A stretch of 53,189 nucleotides of DNA, taken from Eubacteriales bacterium (GTDB lineage: Bacteria > Bacillota > Clostridia > Oscillospirales > CAG-272). This document shows positions 21,234 through 31,057 of this stretch, piece by piece. The notes under the pieces are model-generated. The model had not been told where the DNA came from, did not search any database, and worked only from the letters and a program-made list of their open reading frames with translations. How positions within the stretch are numbered: the stretch's first letter is position 1; every line of letters begins with the position of its first letter. The DNA is taken from the NCBI GenBank assembly GCA_045655765.1, contig JAZOQA010000014.1:1-53189 (forward strand), in the 5' to 3' direction. The position numbers and the translations under genes are program-made.

Positions 21234-22355
21234 TTAAAGTGCACTTTTTAAAGCGACAAAGAATTTGTCTAAATCTTTTAGAGAATTCAGGCACGAAAGC
21301 GAGACTCGTACTGCACCGTTTTCATAAGTTCCGAGTTTCTTATGCATAAGAGGTGAGCAATGAAAACCACCCCTTACACAAATTCCGTGCTCGTCAAGTC
21401 TGGCCGCAAGAATTTCACTTGGAATTTTCTTATGAGTGAAAGAAATAATTCCGCCCTCACCCTCGCATAAGTCTATACCGTTAATAGAAGTAACACGGTC
21501 CTTAATTAAGTCAGTCATTAAAGAAAGCTTCTTTTCTATTTGGGAAATTCCGTGTGAGCTTATAAAATCTATACCTGCACCGAGTGAAACTATAGCAGGG
21601 GTGGGCAGGGTGCCTGCCTCGTATTTTTCAGGAAGCTCGCTCGGCATATTCGGATTTTTTGAATCCGCACCGCTTCCGCCCTCAATAAAGCTTCTTTGGG
21701 GAATACTTTTGCCAAATATGGCAAATCCTACACCTTGAATACCAAAAAGAGCCTTGTGTCCTGCGCAGCATAGGACGTTGAAGTTGATGTCTTTTAACGA
21801 AAGCTCTTCGTGCCCTAAAAGCTGTGAGGCGTCGAGTATTAGACCTATACCGTGCTTTTTTGCAAAATCGGACAAGATTTTCAATTCAATTTTCTTTCCG
21901 CTTACGTTTGAGGCAAGAGATGATATGATGTGAGTAGTTTTGGGAGTCACAAGCGTATTCAGGCTCTTTTCTACGCATTCGGAATCAAAGATGGAATATT
22001 CGACTCCGCACCTCTGCCGAAGAGCGTGAGCAACTCTGAAAACAGAGTTGTGCTCCATATCCGAAATCAAAATATGAGCACCGTCTTCTATTCCCGTTTT
22101 CATTGCAAGATTTATCGCCTGCGTTGCTCCGGAAGTGAAAACAACCCTCTCCGGCACACAGCCGACAAGGCTTGCAACCTTTTCACGAACAGAAAATACT
22201 CTCTCACTCGCTGCAAGCGATATTTTGTGTGCACTTCTTCCGGGGTTTCCGCCATATTTTTTAAAAAATTCAAGCGTTTCCTTTAGTACGCATTTTGGTT
22301 TTGGAAAGCTTGTGGCGGCATTGTCAAGGTAGGTGCATTTATTTTTCATATACAC
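21234..22355 (-). CDS. Cysteine desulfurase family protein (class V aminotransferase)
   Basis: YLDNAATSFPKP, GNPGRS, EHNSV, GHK (PLP lysine), EAGT and RGGFHCSP. Confidence 0.92.
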   Translation of the reverse strand: MYMKNKCTYLDNAATSFPKPKCVLKETLEFFKKYGGNPGRSAHKISLAASERVFSVREKVASLVGCVPERVVFTSGATQAINLAMKTGIEDGAHILISDMEHNSVFRVAHALRQRCGVEYSIFDSECVEKSLNTLVTPKTTHIISSLASNVSGKKIELKILSDFAKKHGIGLILDASQLLGHEELSLKDINFNVLCCAGHKALFGIQGVGFAIFGKSIPQRSFIEGGSGADSKNPNMPSELPEKYEAGTLPTPAIVSLGAGIDFISSHGISQIEKKLSLMTDLIKDRVTSINGIDLCEGEGGIISFTHKKIPSEILAARLDEHGICVRGGFHCSPLMHKKLGTYENGAVRVSLSCLNSLKDLDKFFVALKSAL

Positions 22356-22563
22356 CGTACCTAATACCGTTTGAACGTAAAATATTCGCCGCCGTATAGA
22401 ACTCGGAGGACGGAAATTCTACGCCGTAAGAACAGCCACTTTTTGTTTTTGACACGTCTGCTTTTATGAGTTTTGACGCAATTCCCTCACGTGCCAAAAG
22501 CTTTTTTGCTTTTATTGCGTAGGTGACGCTTCCTGTTGTTATTACAGTGGTCTTCAAATTCAA
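22339..22563 (-). CDS. DUF3343-family small protein
   Basis: SVTYAIKAKKLL..GI and GCSYGV pattern; overlaps the desulfurase start, a common pairing in Clostridia. Confidence 0.75.
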   Translation of the reverse strand: MNLKTTVITTGSVTYAIKAKKLLAREGIASKLIKADVSKTKSGCSYGVEFPSSEFYTAANILRSNGIRYGVYEK

Positions 22564-22769
22564 AACTCCTTCCTTTGTGCGAAAAAATTAGAGTACTCTA
22601 AAACTTTCTCTTTATCATCGCACGACACCCACAAAAAACACCGTGGGTGTATTAACAGTATACGAAAAAGATTTGGAAAAGTTCAATAAATATTAAAAAA
22701 GGTATAGACATTTTATTCTAATTATGATAAAATAATGGTATTGTTAGTTATCAAACGGAGAGATGCTGT

Positions 22770-23390
22770 ATGATACGAGTTTTTGGGTTTACTTCGAGGC
22801 AGAGCTATGGCTCAAATACTTACCTTATAAAATCGGGTGACTGTTATGCGGTTGTTGACCCGTCCTGTGAGCTTGATTACGTTAAGAGTGTGCACGCTGA
22901 CGTTGCCGAAAATCTAAAGTATATTATTTTGACTCACGGGCATTTTGACCATATGCTTGAAATAGACTCGTGGGTGAACGGAACACGTGCCGAGGTTCTC
23001 GTTGGAAGTCTTGATGCACAGATGCTAAAGGACTCAGACAAAAACGCCTATCGCTTGTTTTTAGGAAAAGACAAAGGCTATTTCGGTCCTTGCACACCTC
23101 TTCTTGGAAATGAGACAATAGAGCTGGGAGATGACCTGTTTAAGGTTATTTCAACACCCGGACATACCCTCGGAGGAATTTCACTGCTTTTTGACGAGTG
23201 TATTTTTGTCGGTGACACGGTTTTTGCAGACGGAGGCTATGGCAGATACGACCTCTTTGGCGGTGATTTTACAACGCTTACAAAAACTATACGTTACCTA
23301 ATGACGCTTGACAAACGCCTTAAGGTTTATTCCGGTCACGGACGCCCGACAAGCATTGATGAGATTTGCAAGTATTTTTCCAATATATAA
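22770..23390 (+). CDS. MBL-fold metallo-hydrolase (glyoxalase II-like)
   Basis: THGHFDH, TPGHTLGG, GDTVF and SGHG. Confidence 0.92.
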   Translation: MIRVFGFTSRQSYGSNTYLIKSGDCYAVVDPSCELDYVKSVHADVAENLKYIILTHGHFDHMLEIDSWVNGTRAEVLVGSLDAQMLKDSDKNAYRLFLGKDKGYFGPCTPLLGNETIELGDDLFKVISTPGHTLGGISLLFDECIFVGDTVFADGGYGRYDLFGGDFTTLTKTIRYLMTLDKRLKVYSGHGRPTSIDEICKYFSNI

Positions 23391-23408
23391 CGCAGAACGG
23401 AGACAGTA

Positions 23409-25067
23409 ATGGAAGAACTCAGAAACAATTTTATACACGACATAATCGATGAGGATTTAAAGGCGAATCCTGATCTTAAAATTCATACCCGCTTCCCCCC
23501 TGAGCCGAACGGATATCTTCATATAGGCTCAGCTAAAGCAATTTGGATTAACGCTATGACAGCAAAGAAATACGGCGGCCTTTTCAATCTTCGCTACGAC
23601 GATACAAATCCCTCAAAGGAGGACAATGAGTATGTCGAAAGCATTTACAGTGATCTTATGTGGCTTGGATGTGAGCCGACTGGCGGAATATTCTACGGCT
23701 CAGATTATTTTGATAAGTGCTACGAGTATGCAGTCAAGCTTATAAAGGCGGGCAAGGCGTATGTCTGCGATCTTAATGCCGAACAGATGAGAGAGTACAG
23801 AGGCACCCTCACAGAGCCGGGTAAAAACAGCCCGTACAGAGACAGAAGCGTGGAGGAAAACCTCGATCTTTTTGAAAGAATGAAAAACGGAGAGTTCCCC
23901 GACGGTGCAAAAACCCTGCGAGCCAAAATCGATATGGCGTCCCCCAACATCAATATGCGTGACCCTGCTATATACAGAATAGTTCACACAAGCCACCATA
24001 GACAGGGCAACAAATGGTGCATATATCCTCTTTACGACTACGCACACCCCATTCAGGACGCAACAGAGGGGATTACGCACTCACTTTGCTCAATAGAATT
24101 TGAAAATCACCGTCCGCTTTACGATTGGGTTATTGAAAACATCGGCTTTGAAGTAAAGCCTAAGCAGCGTGAGTTTGCACGTCTCAACGTAACTCATACC
24201 GTAATGTCAAAAAGATACCTGCGTCAGCTTGTTGAAACAGGTCTTGTTGATGGCTGGGACGATCCGAGAATGCCCACCATCTGCGGTCTTCGCAGACGAG
24301 GCTACACTCCGTCTAGCATATTCGATTTTGTATCAAGAGCAGGTGTCGCAAAGGCTTATAGTGTTGTAGATTACGAGCTTCTTGAGCACTGTATAAGAGA
24401 AGAGCTTAACGAAAAGGCGGAACGTAGAATCGCAATTTTGAAGCCGATTAAGGTCGTTATAACCAACTATCCCGAGGACAAGGTTGAGTATTTTGAGGTT
24501 TCAAACAACCCCGGAAACCCCGAGGCGGGAACGAGAAAGCTGCCGTTCACTCGTGAAATATATATAGATTCCGATGACTTTGCAGAGCTTCCTCCCCCTA
24601 AATTTTTCAGAATGAAGCCTGACGGAGAGGTACGCTTGATGGGTGCTTATATTGTCAGGTGTAATGAGATTGTTAAGGATTCCGAGGGGAATATTCAGGA
24701 AATTCACTGCACAGCAGACCTCGAAACAGGAAACGGTATGCCTAAGGACGGAAGAAAGGTGAAGGGAACTATTCATTGGCTCTCCTCCAAGTTCGCAAAG
24801 GATACGACCGTTATGCTTTACGACTTCCTCTTTAATATCGAGAACGTCGGCGACATTCCCGAGGGCAAGACCTTTGACGATTACCTTAACTCTGAATCCG
24901 CAACAAAGCTTGTCGGTTGCAAGATTGAGGAGGCACTCGAAGCCGCCGCTCCCGAGGAAAGATTCCAATTTGTCAGAACGGGATATTTTGTCAAGGATAC
25001 AAAGTATGAAAACGTGTTCAACCGCATTGTCGGCTTAAAGGACAGCTTCCCGAAAAACGTAAAATAA
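23409..25067 (+). CDS. glnS: Glutamine--tRNA ligase
   Basis: TRFPPEPNGYLHIGSAK, YDYAHP, THSLCSIEF, MSKR, GWDDPRMPT and FQFVRTGYF. Confidence 0.96.
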   Translation: MEELRNNFIHDIIDEDLKANPDLKIHTRFPPEPNGYLHIGSAKAIWINAMTAKKYGGLFNLRYDDTNPSKEDNEYVESIYSDLMWLGCEPTGGIFYGSDYFDKCYEYAVKLIKAGKAYVCDLNAEQMREYRGTLTEPGKNSPYRDRSVEENLDLFERMKNGEFPDGAKTLRAKIDMASPNINMRDPAIYRIVHTSHHRQGNKWCIYPLYDYAHPIQDATEGITHSLCSIEFENHRPLYDWVIENIGFEVKPKQREFARLNVTHTVMSKRYLRQLVETGLVDGWDDPRMPTICGLRRRGYTPSSIFDFVSRAGVAKAYSVVDYELLEHCIREELNEKAERRIAILKPIKVVITNYPEDKVEYFEVSNNPGNPEAGTRKLPFTREIYIDSDDFAELPPPKFFRMKPDGEVRLMGAYIVRCNEIVKDSEGNIQEIHCTADLETGNGMPKDGRKVKGTIHWLSSKFAKDTTVMLYDFLFNIENVGDIPEGKTFDDYLNSESATKLVGCKIEEALEAAAPEERFQFVRTGYFVKDTKYENVFNRIVGLKDSFPKNVK

Positions 25068-25076
25068 TTATTGAAA

Positions 25077-25102
25077 GGGAAGTCCCACCCGTGGGGCTTC
25101 CC
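25077..25102 (+). terminator. Hairpin after glnS
   Basis: GGGAAGTCCCAC/GTGGGGCTTCCC stem with only a weak U-tract, so partial readthrough into comF is possible. Confidence 0.5.
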
Positions 25103-25115
25103 TATATTAAAATAT

Positions 25116-25865
25116 ATGAAGAAAACAATATTCAGAAAAATTTTGTTCTATCTCTCCGTTCCAAAATGTGTCGCTTGTGGAGAAAGACTTGATATTGATG
25201 ACGACGCCTTGTGCAAGAGGTGCGTACCCGAATATGAGGAAATAAAGAAAAGGAATTGCTCACGCTGTGCAAAACTTCTGTGCGAATGCCCGTGTTCAAA
25301 TGAATTTCTTGAAAATCACTATGTCAAAAGGCTGATTAAGGTTTTCAGATACGTAAGGCATAGGGACGATACCGTTGCCAACAATTTGATCTTCAGCTTA
25401 AAGCGTGACAACAGAGAGGACGTTCTGAAATTCCTTTCGGGAGAGCTTGTGGTGGCGGTCAAAAATTCCATCTCGGATACCGACAGTTACATAATAACAA
25501 ACGTGCCACGCAGAAAACGTGCTATAATAAAATTCGGTATAGATCACGCAGAGCTGCTTGCAAGGGAACTTTCACGGCGGCTCGGTTGCGAATTTCGTCC
25601 TCTTTTAAAATCAAAATCAAAGCGTGCACAAAAGACAACTCACGGACAGGAGCGAATCAAAAACGCTGAATTTGATATAGCCGACATAAATTTGAAAGGG
25701 AAGAGAATTATACTTGTCGATGACATCGTAACCACCGGTGCATCTCTTGGCTCGTGTGCCGCACTTCTACGCTCTGTCGGTGCAAAGGAAATTGTCGGTG
25801 CGTCACTTGCGGTCGCATATAAGGACAAATACACCCCTTTTCTTTACACACCGCCTATAAATTAA
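25116..25865 (+). CDS. comF: ComF family protein (double zinc ribbon plus PRTase domain)
   Basis: CVAC..LCKRC and CSRC..C..C zinc ribbons; PRT motif LVDDIVTTGASL. Start reassigned to ATG 25116. Confidence 0.85.
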   Translation: MKKTIFRKILFYLSVPKCVACGERLDIDDDALCKRCVPEYEEIKKRNCSRCAKLLCECPCSNEFLENHYVKRLIKVFRYVRHRDDTVANNLIFSLKRDNREDVLKFLSGELVVAVKNSISDTDSYIITNVPRRKRAIIKFGIDHAELLARELSRRLGCEFRPLLKSKSKRAQKTTHGQERIKNAEFDIADINLKGKRIILVDDIVTTGASLGSCAALLRSVGAKEIVGASLAVAYKDKYTPFLYTPPIN

Positions 25866-25896
25866 AAGAAGCACTCTTTTTTTGAGTGCTTCTTTT
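25864..25896. terminator. Bidirectional terminator between comF and rplA
   Basis: AAAAGAAGCACTC/GAGTGCTTCTTTT. Confidence 0.85.
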
Positions 25897-25905
25897 CGTT
25901 TTCAA

Positions 25906-26601
25906 TTAAGAAAGCTTCGAGTAGTTAATCTTGATGCCGGGGCCCATAGTAGTTGCAACTACGCAGCTCTTAATGTACTGACCCTTTGCAGCTGCGGGCT
26001 TAGCCTTAATAACGGCACCAACAAGAGTGTTGAAGTTCTCAACAAGCTTCTCGATTCCGAATGATGCCTTGCCGATAGGGCAGTGAATGATGTTTGTCTT
26101 GTCAAGACGGTACTCAATCTTACCTGCCTTTGCCTCCTGAACTGCACGAGCAACGTCGGGAGTAACGGTTCCTGCCTTGGGGTTGGGCATAAGACCCTTA
26201 GGTCCAAGGACCTTACCGAGACGTCCGATAACGCCCATCATATCCGGAGTAGCGATAACAACGTCGAACTCAAACCAATTCTCCTGAGTAATCTTTTGAA
26301 CGTACTCCTCAGCACCTGCATAATCTGCACCTGCTGCCAGAGCCGCATCAACCTTATCACCCTTTGCGAAAACGAGAGTTCTGACAGTCTTACCTGTACC
26401 GTTGGGGAGAACTATTGCACCTCTAACCTGCTGGTCTGCGTGACGGGAGTCAACGCCAAGACGTATATGAATCTCTACGGTTTCATCAAACTTTGCCTTT
26501 GCAGTCTGGCACAGAAGTGCAACTGCCTCATCTACATCATAAAGCTTGGACTTGTCGATAAGCTCGACACTTGCTCTATACTTTTTACCCATTTTAGCCA
26601 T
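25906..26601 (-). CDS. rplA: 50S ribosomal protein L1
   Basis: [18 protein letters not shown] and TMGPG. Confidence 0.99.
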   Translation of the reverse strand: MAKMGKKYRASVELIDKSKLYDVDEAVALLCQTAKAKFDETVEIHIRLGVDSRHADQQVRGAIVLPNGTGKTVRTLVFAKGDKVDAALAAGADYAGAEEYVQKITQENWFEFDVVIATPDMMGVIGRLGKVLGPKGLMPNPKAGTVTPDVARAVQEAKAGKIEYRLDKTNIIHCPIGKASFGIEKLVENFNTLVGAVIKAKPAAAKGQYIKSCVVATTMGPGIKINYSKLS

Positions 26602-26618
26602 TGTTCATCGTCCTCCTA

Positions 26619-27044
26619 TCACTCTTCTACGGTAACGCCCATAGAACGAGCGGTACCTGCGACCATGCTCATTGCTGCCTCGATGGAAGCTGCGTTGAGG
26701 TCGGGCATTTTTGTTTCTGCAATCTTGCGGACCTGCTCCTTGGTGAGCTTTGCAACCTTTGTTTTGTTAGGAACAGCAGAAGCGGTCTCAATGCCGCAAG
26801 CCTTCTTAATAAGAACTGCTGCGGGAGGAGTCTTGGTGATGAAAGAGAAGGAACGGTCTGCGTAAACGGTGATGATTACCGGAATAATAAGACCGATGTC
26901 GTTCTTGGTTCTCTCATTGAATTCCTTGGTGAAGTTAGGAATTGAAACACCGTACTGACCGAGTGCGGGACCTACAGGGGGCTGGGGAGTAGCCTTGCCG
27001 GCAGGAAGCTGTAATTTAATGTAACCGGAAATTTTCTTTGCCAT
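26619..27044 (-). CDS. rplK: 50S ribosomal protein L11
   Basis: Start at MAKK (ATG 27044, GGAGG RBS). Motifs [15 protein letters not shown] and GTARSMG. Confidence 0.99.
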   Translation of the reverse strand: MAKKISGYIKLQLPAGKATPQPPVGPALGQYGVSIPNFTKEFNERTKNDIGLIIPVIITVYADRSFSFITKTPPAAVLIKKACGIETASAVPNKTKVAKLTKEQVRKIAETKMPDLNAASIEAAMSMVAGTARSMGVTVEE

Positions 27045-27110
27045 AAGTTTAACCTCCAAATGTGGTAATTTAATCGGGAGAATTTAAAAGTATTTTTCTC
27101 CCTCCCACTT
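27045..27110 (-). promoter_or_regulatory. Putative L1-binding autoregulatory leader of rplK-rplA
   Basis: Sense GUGGGAGG...ACCAC closing an inner GGGAGAA/UUCUCCC hairpin just before the RBS, matching the Firmicute L1 leader layout. Confidence 0.65.
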
Positions 27111-27151
27111 TACTTGTGATTCCCATCGCTTGGGAATCGTGGTGCAAAGGC

Positions 27152-27718
27152 TTATTCAGCTTTGCGAACGTCTTTAATGTCAACGAGGATGGGAATCTCA
27201 CGCTTTTCCGTGGACGCAAGAATCATAACCTGCTTCTTTTCCTCGTCAATGCTCTGAAGCTTTCCTTTATATCCTTGGAATATGCCGGAAACAACCTCAA
27301 TAATATCACCGATGTTGAACACAGGACTCTCCGAACGGATCTCAACGTTGAACATATCAACCTCCGCCTCGGTGAGGGGCGTGGGCTCGGAGCCGGGACC
27401 GACAAAGCCTGTAACACCCGTAATGTTTCTTACAACGTGCCAGCTTTCATCGTTCATAGTCATTTTTACAAGGACATAACCGGGCATAAGCTTGGTTTCA
27501 ACGATTTTTTCCATACCGTTCTTGTCAAGCACCGGATTACCGTTTTCGTCAAAAACCTTTTCCTTAACGGAGGGGACGTTTACATCGTAAATAAGATGTC
27601 CAAGCCCACGGTTTTCAACAATTCTTTCAATGCTGTCCTTTACTTTGTTTTCATAGCCCGTATAAGTGTGAGCAACATACCATCTGGGACCAAGATTTTT
27701 TTCATTAATATTACTCAT
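27152..27718 (-). CDS. nusG: Transcription termination/antitermination factor NusG
   Basis: WYVAHTYTGYENKV, PGYVLV, VTGFVG and a KOW domain. Confidence 0.97.
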   Translation of the reverse strand: MSNINEKNLGPRWYVAHTYTGYENKVKDSIERIVENRGLGHLIYDVNVPSVKEKVFDENGNPVLDKNGMEKIVETKLMPGYVLVKMTMNDESWHVVRNITGVTGFVGPGSEPTPLTEAEVDMFNVEIRSESPVFNIGDIIEVVSGIFQGYKGKLQSIDEEKKQVMILASTEKREIPILVDIKDVRKAE

Positions 27719-27730
27719 CTTTTCTGCCTC

Positions 27731-27970
27731 TTAATATCCTATGAGACCTGCTATTGAGTTTAACACCCAAGATGAACCGAAGTCAACAAGTGCAATAACG
27801 ATTCCGAATGCAACGATAGTAGCAAGCACAAGTCTTGTATTCTTCGCAAGCTCGGATTTCGGCGTCCAGGATACCTTCTTCATTTCGATCACAACGTCTT
27901 TGAAGAATTTAGCACATCTTTTAAAGATACGAACTAAGATGTTAGGTTTCTTTTCCTTTTTGTCTGCCAT
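27731..27970 (-). CDS. secE: Preprotein translocase subunit SecE
   Basis: EMKKVSWTP plus one transmembrane segment; lies between rpmG and nusG. Confidence 0.95.
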   Translation of the reverse strand: MADKKEKKPNILVRIFKRCAKFFKDVVIEMKKVSWTPKSELAKNTRLVLATIVAFGIVIALVDFGSSWVLNSIAGLIGY

Positions 27971-27993
27971 ATCAAAAAATCCTCTCTCTTGAA

Positions 27994-28143
27994 TTACTTT
28001 GTTTCTTTGTGCAAAGTATGCTTGCGGCAGAAACGGCAGTACTTTTTCATTTCAAGCCTGTCCGGATCGTTCTTTTTGTTTTTCTTAGTGTCATAATTTC
28101 TTTGCTTGCAGTCTGTACAAGCGAGTGTAATTTTGACTCTCAT
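27994..28143 (-). CDS. rpmG: 50S ribosomal protein L33, zinc-binding form (absent from ORF track)
   Basis: Hand translation [49 protein letters not shown]; AGGAGG RBS. Confidence 0.98.
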   Translation of the reverse strand: MRVKITLACTDCKQRNYDTKKNKKNDPDRLEMKKYCRFCRKHTLHKETK

Positions 28144-28272
28144 TTATCGGCACCTCCTAATAGAAATTCGGGCATAGCCCGTTTAATACCTCCCTCCGCA
28201 GAATAAAAGACATAATGATGTGTCGGCCCCAAAAAAAGACACAAAAAAAGCCCTCATTGCAGAGGTATGTTA

Positions 28273-28301
28273 ATTATAACACTTTTTTGTCTGTTTGTCA
28301 A
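28273..28301 (-). promoter_or_regulatory. SigA-type promoter of rpmG-secE-nusG
   Basis: Minus strand TTGACA-17 nt-TATAAT with extended TG. Confidence 0.8.
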
Positions 28302-28357
28302 TACTTTTTTTAAAAAATATTATATTTATAATATAATGAAACAAAATTAGCTTTATC

Positions 28358-28386
28358 TTGACTTTTTACGTGTATTATGATATAAT
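28358..28386 (+). promoter_or_regulatory. SigA-type promoter of the hydroxyacid dehydrogenase
   Basis: TTGACT-17 nt-TATAAT with extended TG. Confidence 0.7.
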
Positions 28387-28412
28387 TTTTACCAAAAACG
28401 AAAAGAGAATTA

Positions 28413-29366
28413 ATGATGAAAATTACAGTGCTCGACAAGACCGCCCTCGGTCCTGATACCCCTTTTGAACTGTTATATACCGTAGGGGATGTAACGATGT
28501 TTGACACAACTCCGCCCGAGCTTATACTTGAGAGAATCGACGGAGCGGACGTAATAATTATTAATAAAGTGAAGATTACTCGAGAAATAATTATGGCGGC
28601 AAAAACTCTTAAGCTTATTTGCGTTTTTGCAACAGGCTTTGACAATATAGACGTAAATGCCGCAAGGGAAAGGGGAATTGGCGTTTGCAACGTCCCAGGC
28701 TATTCTACCGACAGCGTGGCACTTTATACAGTTGCAACAACGCTTTCACTCGTTACTCATTTGACAGAATATACTCGGTACGTTAAATGTGGAGCATACA
28801 CACGCTCCGGTGTTCCAAACAACCTCATACCTGTTTATCACGAAATCAAGGGCAAGACTTGGGGTATTATCGGTCTTGGGAATATTGGAAGAGCTGTAGC
28901 AAAGGTTGCTCTTGCACTCGGAGCAAACGTAATTGTCAACAAGCGTACTCCCGTCTCGGACTTTGAATGTGTTGAGTTAGAGGAGCTTTGTCGGCGTAGC
29001 GATATAATTTCCATTCATTGCCCCTTGACACCAAAGACAGAGAGCATTATTAACAAAAGAACCATAGCTCTTATGAAAGACGACGTGATTCTTGTAAACG
29101 AAGCACGTGGAGCTGTGGTTAACGAAAGAGACGTTACAGATGCCGTGCTTTCAGGGAAGCTCGGAGGATTTGGAACAGACGTTTATTCAAAGGAGCCTTT
29201 TGACCAAGCTCACCCTTACAATGAAATTATGGCACTCGACAACGTCATTCTCACACCTCACGCCGCTTGGGGCTCATACGAATCACGCAAACGCTGTATG
29301 GAAATTATCGTAGATAATATCAAATGCTTTTTAGAGGGAAAAATTCAAAATAGAGTGGATAAATAG
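28413..29366 (+). CDS. D-2-hydroxyacid dehydrogenase (glycerate dehydrogenase-like)
   Basis: ATGFDNID, GLGNIG, HCPLT, VNEARG and TPHAAW. Confidence 0.93.
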   Translation: MMKITVLDKTALGPDTPFELLYTVGDVTMFDTTPPELILERIDGADVIIINKVKITREIIMAAKTLKLICVFATGFDNIDVNAARERGIGVCNVPGYSTDSVALYTVATTLSLVTHLTEYTRYVKCGAYTRSGVPNNLIPVYHEIKGKTWGIIGLGNIGRAVAKVALALGANVIVNKRTPVSDFECVELEELCRRSDIISIHCPLTPKTESIINKRTIALMKDDVILVNEARGAVVNERDVTDAVLSGKLGGFGTDVYSKEPFDQAHPYNEIMALDNVILTPHAAWGSYESRKRCMEIIVDNIKCFLEGKIQNRVDK

Positions 29367-29375
29367 AGGCAGAAA

Positions 29376-29418
29376 AGCAGAGCAGGGTGTTTAAATCTGC
29401 TCTGCTATCTTATTTTTT
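29376..29418. terminator. Terminator hairpin between convergent genes
   Basis: AGCAGAGCAGG/TCTGCTCTGCT stem with a downstream T-rich tract. Confidence 0.65.
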
Positions 29419-29421
29419 GTT

Positions 29422-30591
29422 TTAACTGCGGTCAACCGTGATTACGCAAAAGCACCCTGGATCTGTTTTTTGCACCTCATCTTGAATTCTTTTTACAATA
29501 TCAGACGGGTTTTCTTTTATGTCAAAAGGCACAACTATGTCAAAAATCATATTCGTATGGGTTTCGCCTACAACTACTCTGAAATCGTGCATATCAAGTC
29601 GAGGATTTACAAAGCTTACCGCTTGCTTTGCAAAGGCTTTTAAGCGTGTTACCGCTTCATCGTCTGTAACAATGGGGTCCATATGAATACTGCAGGGAAT
29701 GGAAAGCTCGGCGTTTATTCTTTTTTCCACGTTATCTATCATATCGTGCAGCTTGAAAATATCGGATGAACCATCCACCTCTGCGTGAAAGGAAGCAATA
29801 AAGTGACTGGGACCGTAATTATGAACCATCATATCGTGTATACCTATAATTTCAGGATAATCCGAAACAATGGCTTTAATACTCTCAACAACGTCGTCAA
29901 CCGGTGCTTCGCCGAGCAGAGAATTCTTTGTTTCGTTCAGTATTTTTATTCCCGCTATTATTATTATTCCGCTTACTACTATCCCCATTATAGCATCTAA
30001 AGCATAAAAATCCGTGAACCTTACAACTACTGCGGAAATAAGCACCGCAGAGGTTGAGGCGGCATCCGAAAGAGAGTCCACGCTAGCTGCTCTTAAAGCA
30101 CCTGAATCTATCCTTTTTCCGATTTTTCTACAAAAAAGTGCAAGCCATAGCTTTGATAAAATCGAAATAGGGAGTATTATAAAAGTCAAAATTCCAATGC
30201 TCTGTGTCCGGGCTGTGCTGTCGAAGAGCATTTTCACCGAGTCTATGAGTAGTTCCGCACCTACAAGTAAAATAATGAACGAGACCACCATTGAGGCTAT
30301 ATAGTCAATTCTTGCGTGACCAAATGGGTGCTCCTTGTCTGCGGGCTTTGATGCCAGCTTAAAGCCGACAAGGCTTACAACCGACGTTCCGACGTCGGAG
30401 AGATTGTTGAGAGCATCGGCGGTTATCGAGATTGCTCCCGTTATAATTCCGAGAAAAAGCTTTACAAGTGCAAGCATAATATTTACAAAAATGCCGACAG
30501 CACTTGCAAACGTGCCGTATTTTGCCCGTATCTTCGGGTCGGTATAGTTTTTATAATCCTTTACGAACAGCTTTGATAAAAAATCAGTCAT
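29422..30591 (-). CDS. Cation diffusion facilitator family transporter
   Basis: DALNNLSD, PADKEHPFGHAR, DSLSD, HDMMVHNYG and a C-terminal extension. Confidence 0.93.
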   Translation of the reverse strand: MTDFLSKLFVKDYKNYTDPKIRAKYGTFASAVGIFVNIMLALVKLFLGIITGAISITADALNNLSDVGTSVVSLVGFKLASKPADKEHPFGHARIDYIASMVVSFIILLVGAELLIDSVKMLFDSTARTQSIGILTFIILPISILSKLWLALFCRKIGKRIDSGALRAASVDSLSDAASTSAVLISAVVVRFTDFYALDAIMGIVVSGIIIIAGIKILNETKNSLLGEAPVDDVVESIKAIVSDYPEIIGIHDMMVHNYGPSHFIASFHAEVDGSSDIFKLHDMIDNVEKRINAELSIPCSIHMDPIVTDDEAVTRLKAFAKQAVSFVNPRLDMHDFRVVVGETHTNMIFDIVVPFDIKENPSDIVKRIQDEVQKTDPGCFCVITVDRS

Positions 30592-30679
30592 TTTTTCACC
30601 TTACGTATTTACATTTTTTAAAAGTAGTGCTATACTATAAATAATATACATAAATTATAAATTAAATTTTGGAGAAAAT

Positions 30680-31012
30680 ATGAAAGTATATGAAACGAGC
30701 CTCAAATACGAGAGACTGAAGGATTTGACCACGGAGGTTCTATTCCACGTCGCAAGTGCAAGAGCAAGAGGCTTTACGATAATTAAATTTGATATACCGC
30801 CCAAGGAAGACGAGAGATTGACAGAACGGATTATTAAATTCATTACACGTATTTTAAGAGGAATGAAAAAACGTGCAGACGTTCAATTTTTTGTCACGCA
30901 AGACGGCTATATGCACTCAACTACCGAGGCAAGCCTCCTCTTAAATATTTATCCGGAGTCAGAGTATTTTCTCCAAAAAGCGGAAGAAACGTGCGTTTAT
31001 GTAAAAATCTAA
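30680..31012 (+). CDS. Hypothetical protein, possibly a degenerate stand-alone Smr domain
   Basis: GGAG RBS and downstream terminator. Layout (ARARGFTIIKF..MKKRADVQFFV) recalls clostridial Smr proteins but lacks IHGxG. Confidence 0.6.
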   Translation: MKVYETSLKYERLKDLTTEVLFHVASARARGFTIIKFDIPPKEDERLTERIIKFITRILRGMKKRADVQFFVTQDGYMHSTTEASLLLNIYPESEYFLQKAEETCVYVKI

Positions 31013-31015
31013 TAC

Positions 31016-31046
31016 AAAGGGTTGCTTTTCAAGAAGCAACCCTTTT
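31016..31046. terminator. Bidirectional terminator
   Basis: AAAGGGTTGCTT/AAGCAACCCTTT between convergent genes. Confidence 0.85.
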
Positions 31047-31057
31047 AATATTTTAAA

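Noticed and set aside
26083-27757. Long plus-strand ORFs of 260, 114 and 213 aa
   Set aside because: Antisense to rplA, rplK and nusG; expected from the strong codon bias of highly expressed genes.
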